This document shows positions 1-12,400 of a stretch of DNA of 64,000 bases, one piece after another. The position numbers and the translations under genes were made by a program. This stretch comes from Lama guanicoe. Taxonomy: Eukaryota. Every line of letters starts with the position of its first letter. Position 1 is the stretch's first letter. Below the pieces are notes generated by a model, which was not told where the DNA came from, did not search any database, and saw only the letters and a program-made list of their open reading frames with translations. Location of the stretch: contig MU053881.1 in assembly GCA_013239625.1 (NCBI GenBank), forward strand, positions 11,855,957-11,919,956, written 5' to 3'.

Positions 1-296
1 GCAGAGGCTACCAATCATAAATATTGATTAAATGGCATTGCATGCTGAGTATTACACCAGTTTTGGAAAAGAGTCTCAAATGAGAGAAAAAGCAATCTGT
101 GTCTATTTGTAGTGAGTAACCCAGACTGGTTTCCAGAGACAGTGGGAGAAGTTTCAGTCACATTCTCCCTGGAGTTCTCTTCTGTTCTTCCTGAGAAAAT
201 TTATTTAGAACTTACTACCTTTCCACCTTTATGGAAGGTCCAGAAGGAAACAACTGAAACAAGACCCTTGTTCTCAAAGATGCCACCAGGGAGCTG

Positions 297-535
297 GTAC
301 AGGGTAGCAGTTAGGAGTTGACACTCTGGGGTCAAACTGCTACGTTTGACTCTGGCCTTGGCATTCCACAGTTGTCTGACTTTAGGCTAGCTGCTTAAAA
401 TACCATGCTTAAATTTTTTTCATCTGTAAATTGAGACTACATAGACAATGAGTTGTTGTAAGAGGTGCATGTAGCAAGAATAAATACAGGCCGCATAGCT
501 CACAAGAAGCAGTCAGTGAGCTTTTGCTGTTATTG
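297..535 (+). mobile_element. MIR SINE
   Basis: MIR core-like 'tttttcatctgtaaattgag' preceded by 'tgactttaggctagctgctta', with MIR-type 5' and 3' ends. Confidence 0.75.
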
Positions 536-629
536 CCTTTGGTGTGAGATGTGGAGATACCCTGAGAACAATACAGAACATTATATAATTAAGTTATGTG
601 GCATGATTAGAAAAAAATCAGACAATAGA

Positions 630-835
630 TTTCAGAAAGTAAGATCAGAGAGAGTCGATTTGACTCTAACTTCCCACTGGTAGGAACATAGGCAAGTTCC
701 TTAAACTTTCTGGGGCTTATCTTTCTTATAACTAAAATCTGCACAATTATAGTACCTGTCTTACAGGTCTATATAAGAATGAAATAATGTGTATATCAAG
801 CTCTTGACATAGTGTTTGGCATTCAGTAAAACTTG
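630..835 (+). mobile_element. MIR SINE
   Basis: 'ggcaagttccttaaactttctggggcttatctttcttata...atagtacctgtcttacagg...catagtgtttggcattcagtaa'. Confidence 0.7.
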
Positions 836-936
836 CTACATTTTTGGTTTGGTTTTGCTAATAAGTAATACTAACACTGGACGACAAGTGAGGTTAGTGA
901 GAAAGGAGAGAGGTAAAAATATGGCTTCATGGATGG

Positions 937-1326
937 TGTATTAGCTTCCTAAAGCTGTTGAAACAAAGTACCACACATAGATAGCTTAGAACAGAAGTTT
1001 ATTGTCCCACAGTTACGGAGACCAGAACTCTGAAGTCAAGGTGTTGGTAGGGCCTTGCTCCCTCTGGAGGTGCTGGAGAAGGAACAGTTCCAGGTCTCTC
1101 TTTCAGCTTCTGGTAGTTCCTTGGCCTGTGGCCGCGTGACTGCAGTCTTTCCATGGTGGTGTCTCTGTGCGAGTTCTTTTTATAAGGACATCAGGCATAT
1201 TAGATGAGGGGGCCACTTTCGTATGACCTCATCTCAACTAATCCTGTCTGCGATGACCCTGTTTTCAAAGTCATGCCCTAAGGGATTTGAGAGTGGGATT
1301 TAACATCCAAGTTTGGGGGTGACAAA
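937..1326 (-). mobile_element. MaLR solo LTR (MLT1B/C-like)
   Basis: Begins 'tgtattagcttcctaaagctg...aagtaccac', has 'tttattgtcccacagtt', 'aagtcaaggtgttggtagggcc', 'tataaggacatcaggcatattagat', matching the MLT1 consensus in reverse. Confidence 0.85.
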
Positions 1327-3299
1327 TGGTAAGAGACTCCTGGAAAGTTATAAATGGGGAAAGAAGAGAATAACATTCTAGATCAGAGAGGGCCATCAGC
1401 AAAAGGACGGGGTAAGTTAACAGGGCATGAGAGGCAGGTAAAGAGGTAAAAGGACTGCATTCCAAGTGATGGAATGTAAGGAAGAGGAAATTGTGTTAGT
1501 CCAGATCCAGGGTCATGCGAGATGTAATGACAAGTACAGTTAAGTCAGCAATTCTTCAGCGTAGACTCTGGTTATACCAATGCAACCAGGGAGAAATCAG
1601 CCCTAAACCAATTCAGGAAATGTGAAGGTCCAGCTGAGGCATTTTGATGCAATGTTTAGGCGTAAAAGTCTGAAACTAAATGGTAGGTTCATTGCCCAGG
1701 TGTATACATTCAGCATGAAGAAACTATCACTAACTGTAGACAGAAAAGGTAATGATGACTTGACATTAGAACAGAGAAGCTGTGTAAGTGCTGATTCCAT
1801 ATTAGAATATCGAATAATCTTTTCATCCCAGAAGAGTATAAAAAGAAGGGTATTAGATTTGAAGAGAGGGTGACTAGCTCTGCTTCCTCTTGACTGCTAT
1901 TCCCTCATGTGTTAAATAAGATATTAATATTTACTCCCAGAAAAGGTTGTTGTAAAAATTATTTTATTTCAGGTAAAGCTCTGACATTATAAAGGTACTA
2001 AAAACAAGTTAGCCATTATTTTTATACTTACTATCTTCTTTGATTTTTCTTAAATAAGGAAGTGAATTGCAAAATAATTGTCAGTAACCTCTTACCATTT
2101 CCCACACAATTATCTCTTTAATTTTCCTCTTTCCTACTTACATTTCTACATTGTGTTCTCTTAAATGTTCCTTCCTTTTCAATACTTTGGCTTCTTCCTC
2201 TTGTCTCTTAACTTTTGTAGGCCTTAGCATATATGTTTTTAACCCATTAATCTATATACTCCATAGATTTTTCTTCCCAAAGCTGATGTTTGTGTTTAAA
2301 ATTGCATATTGGGTTTTCTTCTCTCCTTTTTAAATTTTTTCACTCTTCATGTTTTCAGAGAATGTTCAGAGTCACGTGCTTAAGCACTAATTTCTGTAAC
2401 AGGAGACCTAGCATCGCCCCCCACCCCCGACATTTACGAGTTCAGATTTGACAAGGACATGGTTATATGGATAAATCACAATTCATTGTGATCAAAGCTC
2501 AAAGAAATAAACACAGAGACACCTGTCAGTGGAATTGGCAACACTTAAGGCAGGTGACAGTGCACTAGATTCTGAAGACTTGAGGAGGAGCTTTCTAGGA
2601 AGAGGGCTTGGATGCTTTCAGCTTTTAAAATTATTCTCTTCTTGGCTTTCATTCACTGTAATATATTTTGGAGGCCTACTTGCTTCTGTATCTAAAACAC
2701 TGCAAAGTTTTCCTGGGTCTGAGATCCTTCCTAGCAGATATTTGGCTGCCATCCCCAAACTACGTTATTACAAGCCGCACTTCCCTTGTGGATAATCTGT
2801 CTTCCTGCATCCAATACGGCTCTCCCTAACACTGGTTTACATGTCTCAGGCGCCCTCAAATCTGTGTTTATAACTTTCTCTGATATTTCTGTTCAAGACA
2901 AGATCCTTCTGGGCAGTTACAATGGCAGTTTATCCCAACGGAAAGACATAATTTTCTACAAGGAATCATCACACTTTTAGTGGTAAATAAAATTTAAAAT
3001 GTTTACTGCCTGTGGTAGATGAGACAGTTAAGTTGGCTTATTTTCACAGAAGATGTGATATGGAAGGAGGGAACTGAGGTGTGCGTTAGAAAACTAAGGC
3101 AGCCCACACCATAAAATGATGTACAACCGAGTTGGAGAGGTAATAACAGTAACCAAGAATCATGTCTGATGGTAGACCATAATTTTGTCCCCACTTATTT
3201 ACCTATTTTGGTATGATAAAGAGTGCACAGTCATATCTAAAATGTGTTCCATGTTTGTGGTACAGTCAAGATGTTCTTGAATGGGTACAAGGTTTTAAA

Positions 3300-3728
3300 A
3301 TTCAAAATGTATGAAAGTTTATATATAGTGAAAATTCTCCCTTTCCTCTCAGCCCATAGTTGCCACATTTACTTTTCCATGGAAACCACAGTAGCAATTT
3401 CATGTGTACTTTCCTAGAGACAATATATGTGTATGAACATATACCTAATTCCTCTTCACTTTATTCCTATACAAATTCTAGTCCACATGCACATAAGTGA
3501 CGTGTTTTGCACACAGTTTTCTTTTTGTGTAGTGATACATCCTTACGTTTATTTCATATCAACATAGTGCTTTCTTATTTTTATGACTGCATAGTACTCC
3601 ACTGTATATGGATTTACCATATTGAATTAATCTGCTGCAAGTGGATATGTATACTGACCTAAAATATTTCACTGTAAGTAGACATGTATACTGTTTTAAA
3701 ATATTTTCCTATTAAGAATAGTGCTATG
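3300..3728 (-). mobile_element. Ancient L1 (L1ME-like) 3' fragment
   Basis: 'tgactgcatagtactccactgtatatggatttaccat' and 'aatagtgctatg' resemble reverse L1M 3' end motifs; highly diverged. Confidence 0.55.
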
Positions 3729-3756
3729 TAGCTGTGAGCACATGCAGCACACAGTG

Positions 3757-4350
3757 CTAGGCATCTTCACTTCTAACACCCTTCTCCAATAAAAAGAACT
3801 AGGATTCCCTAGAGAAATAGCTGATTCTAGAGCTAAGACAAGGAATATATAAAATAAGCCTAAAGCATCATGTCATGTCCCCAAAGTAAGACAGTGCTCA
3901 AAACCCAAAATGATTAGAGTCTTAAAGTAGTAAACTTGAAATCTCTCTCAATTGCTAAAGCTGGGACAGTCTGAGCAACAAAATACAATAAAATAGTATT
4001 GGATCATAAAGCATAAAATATGCTTTATATGCAAAGTATACAAGGTATACAAAGCATGAAAGAAATCTCTCTGAACCCATACAAACATAAATAACAGACT
4101 GAATAAACGGAGGCTGAAGGCAAATCTCTTGTGGAGGAGGAACCACCCCCTCTTGGCTCCCAAGTGTGGCAGACCTTAATTCTCCACTTCTTGATTGTGA
4201 GCTGCACTTAGTCATACGCTTCCAAAGAGCAGAGTATGGAAAGGAGGGAAAGAGAGTAGTTTCATAGTAGAGAAACCTGGCAGGCGCTAACTTGGCTAGG
4301 TAATCAGAGTTAACATAAGTGATTTCACACTGATAGCATGTACTATGACA
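3757..4350 (+). mobile_element. L1MC/MD-type 3' UTR fragment
   Basis: 'ttctccaataaaaagaactagg...agaaatagctgattctagagct' and 'ttccaaagagcagagtatggaaagg...gtagagaaacctggc' are characteristic L1MC3/4 3' UTR motifs. Confidence 0.75.
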
Positions 4351-4631
4351 TACTCAGAATTTATTAAGCAAAATAGCAACGGCAGAGGGTTTAGGCGAAA
4401 ATCCTGATACGTCATCTCTGATTCCTTTATTTCTTTCATCTCCTACATCCAACAATTTAAGAAATACTGTTGTATTCTCCTTCAAAATATATCAGAAACT
4501 GAAAATTATCCCCACCTCCACCACCGCTATTGTGGTATATGCCTATGTTATAACAGCCTTTGCTTTCACCCATGACCCCTACCATGTATTGTCTGCTAGC
4601 AGAATGACATTCCTAAAATGGTAAAAGAGAT

Positions 4632-5010
4632 TTTGTTTTTACTTTGTTTTCATTTCATTCCTTATTGTAATTAAATGTACATTACATAAAATTTACCATT
4701 TTACATATGTTAAAAATGAAAAGTTCTGTGTCACTAAGTGCATTCAGTGTCGTGTAACTGTCATCACCATCTACAGAGCTCTTCATCTTCCCAAACTGAA
4801 ACGCTGTACCCATTAATACTAACTCACCACTGTCCCCTCTGTAAAACGCCTGGCACTCTCCATTCATCTGCCTCTCTGAATTTGGCTACTCTAGGAACCT
4901 CATGTGAGGGGGAATCACACAGCATTTGTCCTTTTGTGACTGGCTTCTTTCACTTGGCATAACGTCCTCATTTCATTTATGTTATAGCATGTGTCCTTCC
5001 TTTTTAAGAC
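4632..5010 (-). mobile_element. L1MB-type 3' end with T-rich tail
   Basis: 'acataaaatttaccatttt...tcatcttcccaaactgaaacgctgtacccatt...tttgtgactggcttctttcacttggcata'. Confidence 0.8.
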
Positions 5011-6126
5011 TTTGGGGTTTTATTTCTAATAGTGGCACATCCCTGAGGATACTATAGGCAGAAGAAAGAAAACAGTAAAGAAAGACAGAAGATGAGAAGG
5101 GTAAGGGTCTTGGGGGAAGGTGGGGCAGAGCAGAAGAAGGGTGGTTTGGAGCCAAGCAGGCCTGGGTGCAAACTGTGGCCTTTCTCCTGCATGATTTTGA
5201 GGGATTCTGGTTATCTCCCCCCCCAAATAAATGTTTCCTATATGAAATAGTCAGTGATGCCCTTTGCTAGGATCACTGTGTATGGACAGTGTCCCACAGA
5301 AGGCAATCTACATTTGTTGAGTGTTTGCCTTGTGTCCTCCATGGCTGGAACCTTGGAAAGGACTGTCTTATTTAAGGGAGGGTTTACCCTCAGTTTCTGC
5401 GGAAGAAACAGGGTTCAGAGGAATTGTGACCTGCACGGGATCCTCCAAATGAGGAGAGAAAGAGCTGCCATTAGAACCCCATGTTTTCCTGATTCCTAGT
5501 CTCTTAGGGCACTGGGCTGCTCTGTGTACCACCCTGTGCAAAGCAGGAATGTGCACCTGTCCTTTCTCTTCCTTTTCCCCTGGAGGGAGAGGTGTCATCC
5601 GCCTGTCACAGGGAAAGGGGAGTGGGTGGGAGTCAGCTTGAGAGTGAATGTAAGGATCTCATCACTATTGGGGGAGGCTGGTAGACAGGGAGAGGCAGCA
5701 GGTAACTGCCCCAAAACCTGTGAGAGGGAGACTGGTGAGAAGGGCATCCAGGATGCAGGATAATACCAGGGAACGGAAGGCTTGTGAGACTTGGCGGCAA
5801 CTCCAGAAGCCACACAGAGATCCCTGGTTAGCTGGGTTCAGTCTTGCTCGGAGGTGACCAAATAGAGGGAGTCGGTTAAGGCCCTTCCAGATGCCGGTGA
5901 ACAGAGGGCTCTGAGTAGCCACCAACATCGGCTTCATATTCTGCGGGAGAGAAGTCAGGAAGGAAAGGCATGGAGCCCCTTGATGCATGTCTGAAATGTT
6001 TTCTGCATGACAGTAGCAGGGAACTGGCACGTAGGTGCTTTCCAGTGTACACATGACTTTGAGTGCATCAGACAGACATCTGTTCAGTGATACTAAGCAC
6101 CTGCTAGCCATGGAGTTTCAGATGTG

Positions 6127-6547
6127 TTTTTTGTAATAAGTTCAGGTGCACAATATAGGGATTCACAGTTTTAAAGGTTATACTCCATTTATAGTTATTA
6201 AATATTGGCTGTACTCCTTGTATTGTACAATATATCCATGCAGTTTGTTTTATATACAATAGTTTGTACCTCTTAGTCCTCTACTCCTATGTTGACCCTT
6301 CCTACTTCCCACTCCCCACTGGTAACCACTAGTTTGTTCTCTCTACATGGGAGTCTGTTTCTTTTTGTTACATTTGCTTGTCTGTTGTATTTTTTTAGAC
6401 TCTACATGTAAGTGATATCATACAGTATTTCTCTTTCTCTGTCTGAGTTATTTCACTTAGCATGATACACTTCAAGTCTATCCACGTTGTTGAAAACGGC
6501 AAAATTTCATTCTTCTTTATATGGCAGAGTAGAGAGTAGTATTCCAT

Positions 6548-6592
<45 letters not shown>

Positions 6593-6685
6593 CGTCTTTA
6601 TAAAGTCATCTGCTGATGAACACTTAGGTTGCTTCTGTATCTTGACTGTTGTAAATAATGCTGCTATGAACATTGGGGTGCATGT
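6127..6685 (-). mobile_element. 5'-truncated laurasiatherian L1 (3' UTR plus ORF2 tail)
   Basis: ORF 6395-6673 gives MFIAALFT...KQPKC...MEYYS...KKNEILPFSTTWIDL, the L1 3' signature. Confidence 0.9.
6548..6592. repeat. Compound (TG)n(AG)n microsatellite
   Basis: Seen directly; expanded inside the L1 3' UTR. Confidence 0.95.
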
Positions 6686-7023
6686 AATGTAAGATAGATG
6701 TTGTCACCCTTGAACTAAGAAACTCTGATGGATTCCTGTCTCTCATAGAGTGAAAGCCAAAAGCCTTACCAAAGCCCTGCATGATCTGCCCTCCATTATC
6801 ACTTTGAGTCCATCCCTCCTGTCTACCCTTTCACTCTCTCTGAGCCAGCTACCTTGCCCTCTTGGCGTTTTGAACGTACAGGGAAGCTTCAGCCTTAAGA
6901 ACTTTACCCAGACTGCTCCTAGCGTCTGTAATCTCCCTCCTTCAGATACCCACATGCCTCTGTCCCTCATCTTTTCCAAGTATTAGCTCAAATATTATGT
7001 TCTTAGAGACCCTTGCTGACCAC

Positions 7024-7603
7024 TAGTGGTCACACACCAGGGGTGACCGTGCCCCTGTGTAACCCCTTCCCTTAGTGTAGGAAGACCTGGGATATGCTTC
7101 TACCCCACAGAACATGGCAAAGGTGATGAGATATTCTTCCTGTTAGTATGTTATGTTATATATGGGTAAAGATAAAGGGATTCTGCCAGTGTAATTAAAT
7201 TCCTGCATCAGTTGATAGCAAGGTAGCCAAAATGGAGATGATCATGAATGAACCTGAACTAAACAGGTAAGGTTTGTTTTATTTTTTGTTTGTTTTTAAA
7301 AAGGCCGCAGCTAGAGACTCTTAAGAAGCAGAGATTGTTTCCATTGCTGGCTTTGAAGAAACAAGTTACCATGAATTCTGCAGCTGCAAGGAAATAAATT
7401 TTAGACTGTTACCTAGTTAAGCTTTCAGATGAGACTGAGGCCAAGCTAACTACTTGGTTTCAGCCTTGGGAGATGCTGAGCAGAGGACCTGCTAAGCCAT
7501 GCCTGGACTCTTTACATGCAGAGGCTCTGAGATAATAAATAGGGGTTGCTTTAGGTCAATACATTTGTAGTCAATTTTTATACAACAGTAGGAAATGAAT
7601 TCA
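7024..7603 (+). mobile_element. MaLR solo LTR (MLT1E/F-like) inserted in L2
   Basis: 'gaacatggcaaaggtgatg', 'gctggctttgaagaa', 'gctgagcagaggacctgctaagccatgcctggact', 'gagataataaatagg...tttgtagtc'. Confidence 0.8.
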
Positions 7604-8731
7604 TGACATTATTTAACTTGGCAGAGCAATATCCCTGACGTCTCTATCCCATTGCCTCGCTTTACTTCTCTCCTTAGTACTTAGCACCATCTGACACTCT
7701 ATTTTGTACTTGTATACTGTGTTTATCAACTGTCTGCCCTCATTGAAATATATGTTCTACACAAATAGATATTTCTGACTACTTTTTCACTGCTATACAC
7801 TGAGAGCACAGAAAAATGGTTTCACATAGTAAATGAATGGAAATTTGTTGAATGAATGAATCGATATTTAACTGAGATAGAAATTGCCAAAATGGTCAGC
7901 AGTAATAGATGTAATTTTTTATTGTAGTTTACTTCAGTTTATAATATATTTTTAGGTGTACAACATAAAATTCAGTATTTTTACAGATTATAGTCCATTT
8001 AAAATTATTACAAAATAATGATTATATATCTCTGTGCTCTACAGTATATCCTTGTTGCTTATTTATTTTAAACATAGTAGTTTGTATCTCCATACTCTTA
8101 TCTTGCCCCACCCCCTTCACTCCCTCACTGGTAATCACTAGTTTGTTCTCTATATCTATGAGTCTTTCTATTTTGTTATATTCGTTCATTTGTTCTATTA
8201 TTTTTATGAAGTAAGAACTATTTTTATTCCCATTTTCTTTTTTTAATTGAAGTATATAGTCAGTTTACAGTTGTATTTTTAGGTTCCACATAGAAGTGAT
8301 AACATTTTTCTTTCTCTGTCTGATTTATTTCACTAAGCATAATACCCTCTAAGATTATCCTTGTTGTTGCAAAACGGCAGAATTTCATTTTTATGACTGA
8401 GTTATATTCCATAAATGGAATATATGATTTATGTCAATAAGTGCTCTATGTTGTCTCCTGGAATTTTAGTTTCATGTCTTAGACTTAGGTCTTTAATCCG
8501 TTTTGAGTTTTTTTTTATATAATGTGAGAAAATGTTCAGATTTTATTCTTTTACATGTAGTTGTCCAGTTTTCTCAGCACCATTTGTGGAACAGATTGTC
8601 TTTCTCCATTGTATACGCTTGTCTCCATTGTTGAAGATAAAATTGACCATGAGTATGTGGGTTTATTTCTGGGCTCCCCATTCTGTTCCATTGAGCTATG
8701 TGTCTTTCTTTGTCCAGTACCATGCTGTTTT

Positions 8732-8756
8732 TTTTTAAGTGTAGTCAGTTACAATT
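8732..8756 (-). mobile_element. Ultra-short L1 3'-tip insertion with 15-bp TSD
   Basis: gtaccatgctgtttt at 8717-8731 and 8757-8771; the insert resembles the L1 tip at 8966-8997. Confidence 0.85.
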
Positions 8757-8965
8757 GTACCATGCTGTTTTGAGTATTGTAGCTTTGTAGTATAGTCTGA
8801 AGTCAGGGAGGGCGATACCTCCAGCTTAGCTCTCAAGGCTGCTTTGTTAATTCAGGGTCTTTTGTGGTTTCAAATAAAGTTTAGTATTTGTTCTAATTGA
8901 AAAATGTCATGAATATTTTCACAGGGAGTGCATTAAATCTGTAGATTGCTTTAGATACATGGACT

Positions 8966-9468
8966 TTCTTTTTAATTGAAGTAAAGTCAGTTGCAATGTG
9001 TCAGTTTCTGGTGTACAGCACAGTGTCCCAGTCATACATGTACATACGTGTATTTGTTTTCATATTCTTTTTCATTAAAGGTTATTATAAGATATTGAAT
9101 ATAGTTCCCTGTGCTATATAGAAGAAACTTATTTTTTTAATTTATTTTTATATATAGTGGCTAACATTTGCAAATCTCAAACTCCCAAATTTATCCCTTC
9201 CCACCACCTTTTCCCAGTAACCGTAAGATAGTTTACTATGTGAGTCTGTTTTTGTTTTATAGATGAGTTCATAGTGTCCTTTTTTTTATTCCTTTTTTTT
9301 TTTTCAGTTTCCACATATGAGTGATATATGGTATCTTTTTTCTCTTTCTGGCTTAATTCACTTAGATTGATGATCTCTAGGCCCATCCATGTTGTGCAGA
9401 TGGCATTATTTTAATCTTTTTTATGGCTGAGTAGTATTCCATTATATAAATATATCACAACTTCTTTT
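8966..9468 (-). mobile_element. Younger (camelid-type) L1 3' UTR inserted in ORF2 of the older L1
   Basis: 'tttgcaaatctcaaactcccaaatttatccctt' is the reverse match of 59710-59740; host ORF2 resumes at 'cattttaacaatattc'. Confidence 0.85.
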
Positions 9469-12400
9469 TTCATTTTAACAATATTCTTTCAATCCAGGAG
9501 CACAGGATATCTTTCCAGTTTTTGTATCATCTTCATTCTTTTATCAGTGTTTTATAGTTTTCAGAATGTAGGTCTTTCACCTCCTTGGTTAAGTTTATTC
9601 CTAAGTACTTTATTCTTTTTGATGCAATTTTAAACAGGATTGCTTTCTCTCTTTCTCATATAGAAAGCAATAAATTTCCATAGATTAATCTTACACCTTG
9701 ACACTTAACTGAATTCATTTATTAATTGTAATAGTTTTTTTGATGGAGACTTGAGGGTTTTCTATTTGATAGTATCATTTTATCTGTACATAGTGACAGT
9801 TTTACTTCTTGCCTTGCATTTGGATGTCTTGTAATTAACTTTCTTTGTATGACTGCTGTGGATAGAACTTCCAATGCTGTGTTAAATAAAAGTGGGACTA
9901 GTGGACATCCATATCTTGTTCCTGATTTTAAAGGAAAGGCTTTCAGCTTTTCACCATTGAGTATATGTAAGCTATGGTCTGTCATAAATGGCCTTTATTA
10001 TGTTGACATTTGTTCCCTCTATACCCATTTTGATAAAAGTTTTTTGTATCATGAATAGTTGTTGAATTTTGTCAATGCTTTTTTTTGCATCTTTTGAGAT
10101 GATAATGATGATATTTTTATCCTTCTTTTTGTTAATGGAGTATACACATTGATTGGGTTGTGTGTTGACCCATCCTTGCATTCATGGAATAAATCCCACT
10201 TGATTATGGCAGGTGATCCTTTTTATGTATTGCTGAATTTGGTTTGCTAATATTTTGTTGAGGGCTTTTGCATCTATATTAATCAGAGATATTGGCCTGT
10301 AATTTTCTTTTGTAGTGTCTTTGTCTGGCTTTAGAATCAGGATAATTGGGGCCTTGTAGGGTAAGTTTGTGGAGGTTTCTACCTCCTCAGTTTTTTGGGA
10401 TAGTTTAATCCAGTCAGCCACCCTAGGTATTTTTAGCTCTTCTTTATATATTTGGTGTAATTCCTTTGTAAAGTCTTCGGGTCCTGGACTTTCGTTTTCT
10501 AGGAGTTTTTTGTTTGTTTTTTAATTACAGATTCAATTTCACTACTAGTGATTTGTCTCTTCAGGTTGCTACTGCTTCCTGATTCAGTCTTGGAAGGTTG
10601 TATATTTCTAGAAATGTGTCCTGTTCTTCTAGGTTCAATTTGTTGGCATATAACTGCTTGTAGTGTTCTCTTAGGATTTTTTGTATCTCTGTGATATCAA
10701 TTGTCATTTCTCCTGTTTTGTTTTTTATTTTGCTTATTTGGTCCTTTTTTTCTTGATAAGCCTGGCTATAGTTTTATCAATTTTGTTTCTCTTTTCCAAG
10801 AAAAAAAAACCCCACAGCTCTTGGCTTTACTGATCTTTTCTATTGCTTTTTTGGTCTAGTGCATGTATTTCCTTTCTAATCTTCATTATTTCTTTCCTTC
10901 TGCTGACTCTGAGCTTTGTTCTTTTTTTCCCCAATTCCTTTAGATGGCAGATTAGGTTGTTTGTTTTGAGATTTTTCTTGTTTTTGTTTCTGTTTGTTTT
11001 GTTTTGTTAAGTTGGCCTGTATTGCTATAGACCTCCCTCTTAGAAATGCTTTCGTTGCATCCCATAGATTTTAGTTTAGAAAGTTGTGTTTCCAGTTTCG
11101 TTTGTCTTGAGGTATTTTCTGATTTCCTCTTTAATTTCTTCATTGACCCATTGGTTTTTTAGTAGCATGTTGTTTTGTCTCCATATGTTTGTGTTTTCCA
11201 TTTTTCTTGTAATTGATTTCTAGTTTCATACTGTTGTTGGAAAAAAAAATGTTTGATATCATTTCTGTCCTATTAAAATTGGTGAGAGTTGTTATGTGCC
11301 TTAGCATGTGATCTGTTCTGTAGAGCTTTCCATGTGCACTTGTAAAGTATGTGTAGTCTGCTGTTTTGGGATGGACTGTCCTACAGATACCTGTTAAATA
11401 CAGCTGGTCCAGTGTGTCATATAAGAGCATTGTTGTCATACTGATTTTCTTTCAGGATGATCTGTCCATTGACATAAGTGGGGTATTAAAGCCCCATACT
11501 ATTACTGTATTGTACATTTCTCCCTTTATGTCTGTTAATTTTTATATATTTAGGTGCTCCTGTGTTGGGTACATATATGTTGAGTATAATATCTTCTTGT
11601 GTTGATCCCTATACGATTATGTAATAACCTTCTTTGTCTTTTGTTATAGACTTTGTTTTAAAGTCTACTTTGATTGGAGTATCCTGGCTTTCTTGTCATA
11701 TCTATTTGCATGAAATAGCTTTTTCTATCCCATTTCCAGTCTATGTCTTTAGCTCTGAAGTGCGTCTCTTGTAAGCACCATTTAAATGGGTCTTGTTTTT
11801 TAATCCAGTCAGCCACCCTATGTATTTTGATTGGAGCATTTAGTCTATTGATATTTAAAATAATAATTGATGTACTTATTGACATTTTGTTACTTTCTGG
11901 TTGTTTTTGTAGTTCTTATCTGTTCTTCTTTTAGCTTCTTCTCTTCTGGTTTGATCATTTTCTTTAGTGATATGTTTATATTCCTTTCTCTCTCGTTTTT
12001 GTGTCACTGTTGTAGTGTTTTGATTTTTGGGTACCATAGGGTTTATATATATTGATGTAAAATATAGCTACTTGATTTAAACTGGTAGTCATTTAAGTTC
12101 AAGCATGCTGTAAAAGAACTCTTTTTTTATCCCTCTCCCCCTATATTTTGTTTTTGATGCCATATTTTGCAATTTCATGTTTATCTCTTTAGTGATTATT
12201 ATAGTTCTAATTTATTTTACTTTTTTTTGCCTTTTATTCTCCATACTAGCTTATTTAAGTGGTTCTCCTACCCTTTACTAATAGAATTTTCCCTTTCCCA
12301 AAGATACTTACTTTTTGTTATAGACTTTTCCACTTAGAGAAGACCGTTTAACCTTCTTTAAGGGTGGTTTAGTATTGATGAACTCTTAATTTTTGCTTGC

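Larger units (their letters stand above)
4397..7861 (+). mobile_element. L2a LINE split into three colinear pieces (about 4397-4630, 6686-7023, 7604-7861)
   Basis: L2 motifs 'ccttcaaaatatatcagaa', 'agagtgaaagccaaaagcctt', 'tagcaccatctgac' and terminal 'tttgttgaatgaatgaat' tail; the pieces continue one another across the insertions. Confidence 0.75.

Noticed and set aside
5254..6111. Cluster of overlapping ORFs up to 148 aa
   Set aside because: ORFs occur on both strands with no recognisable domain; this is expected from the higher local GC content
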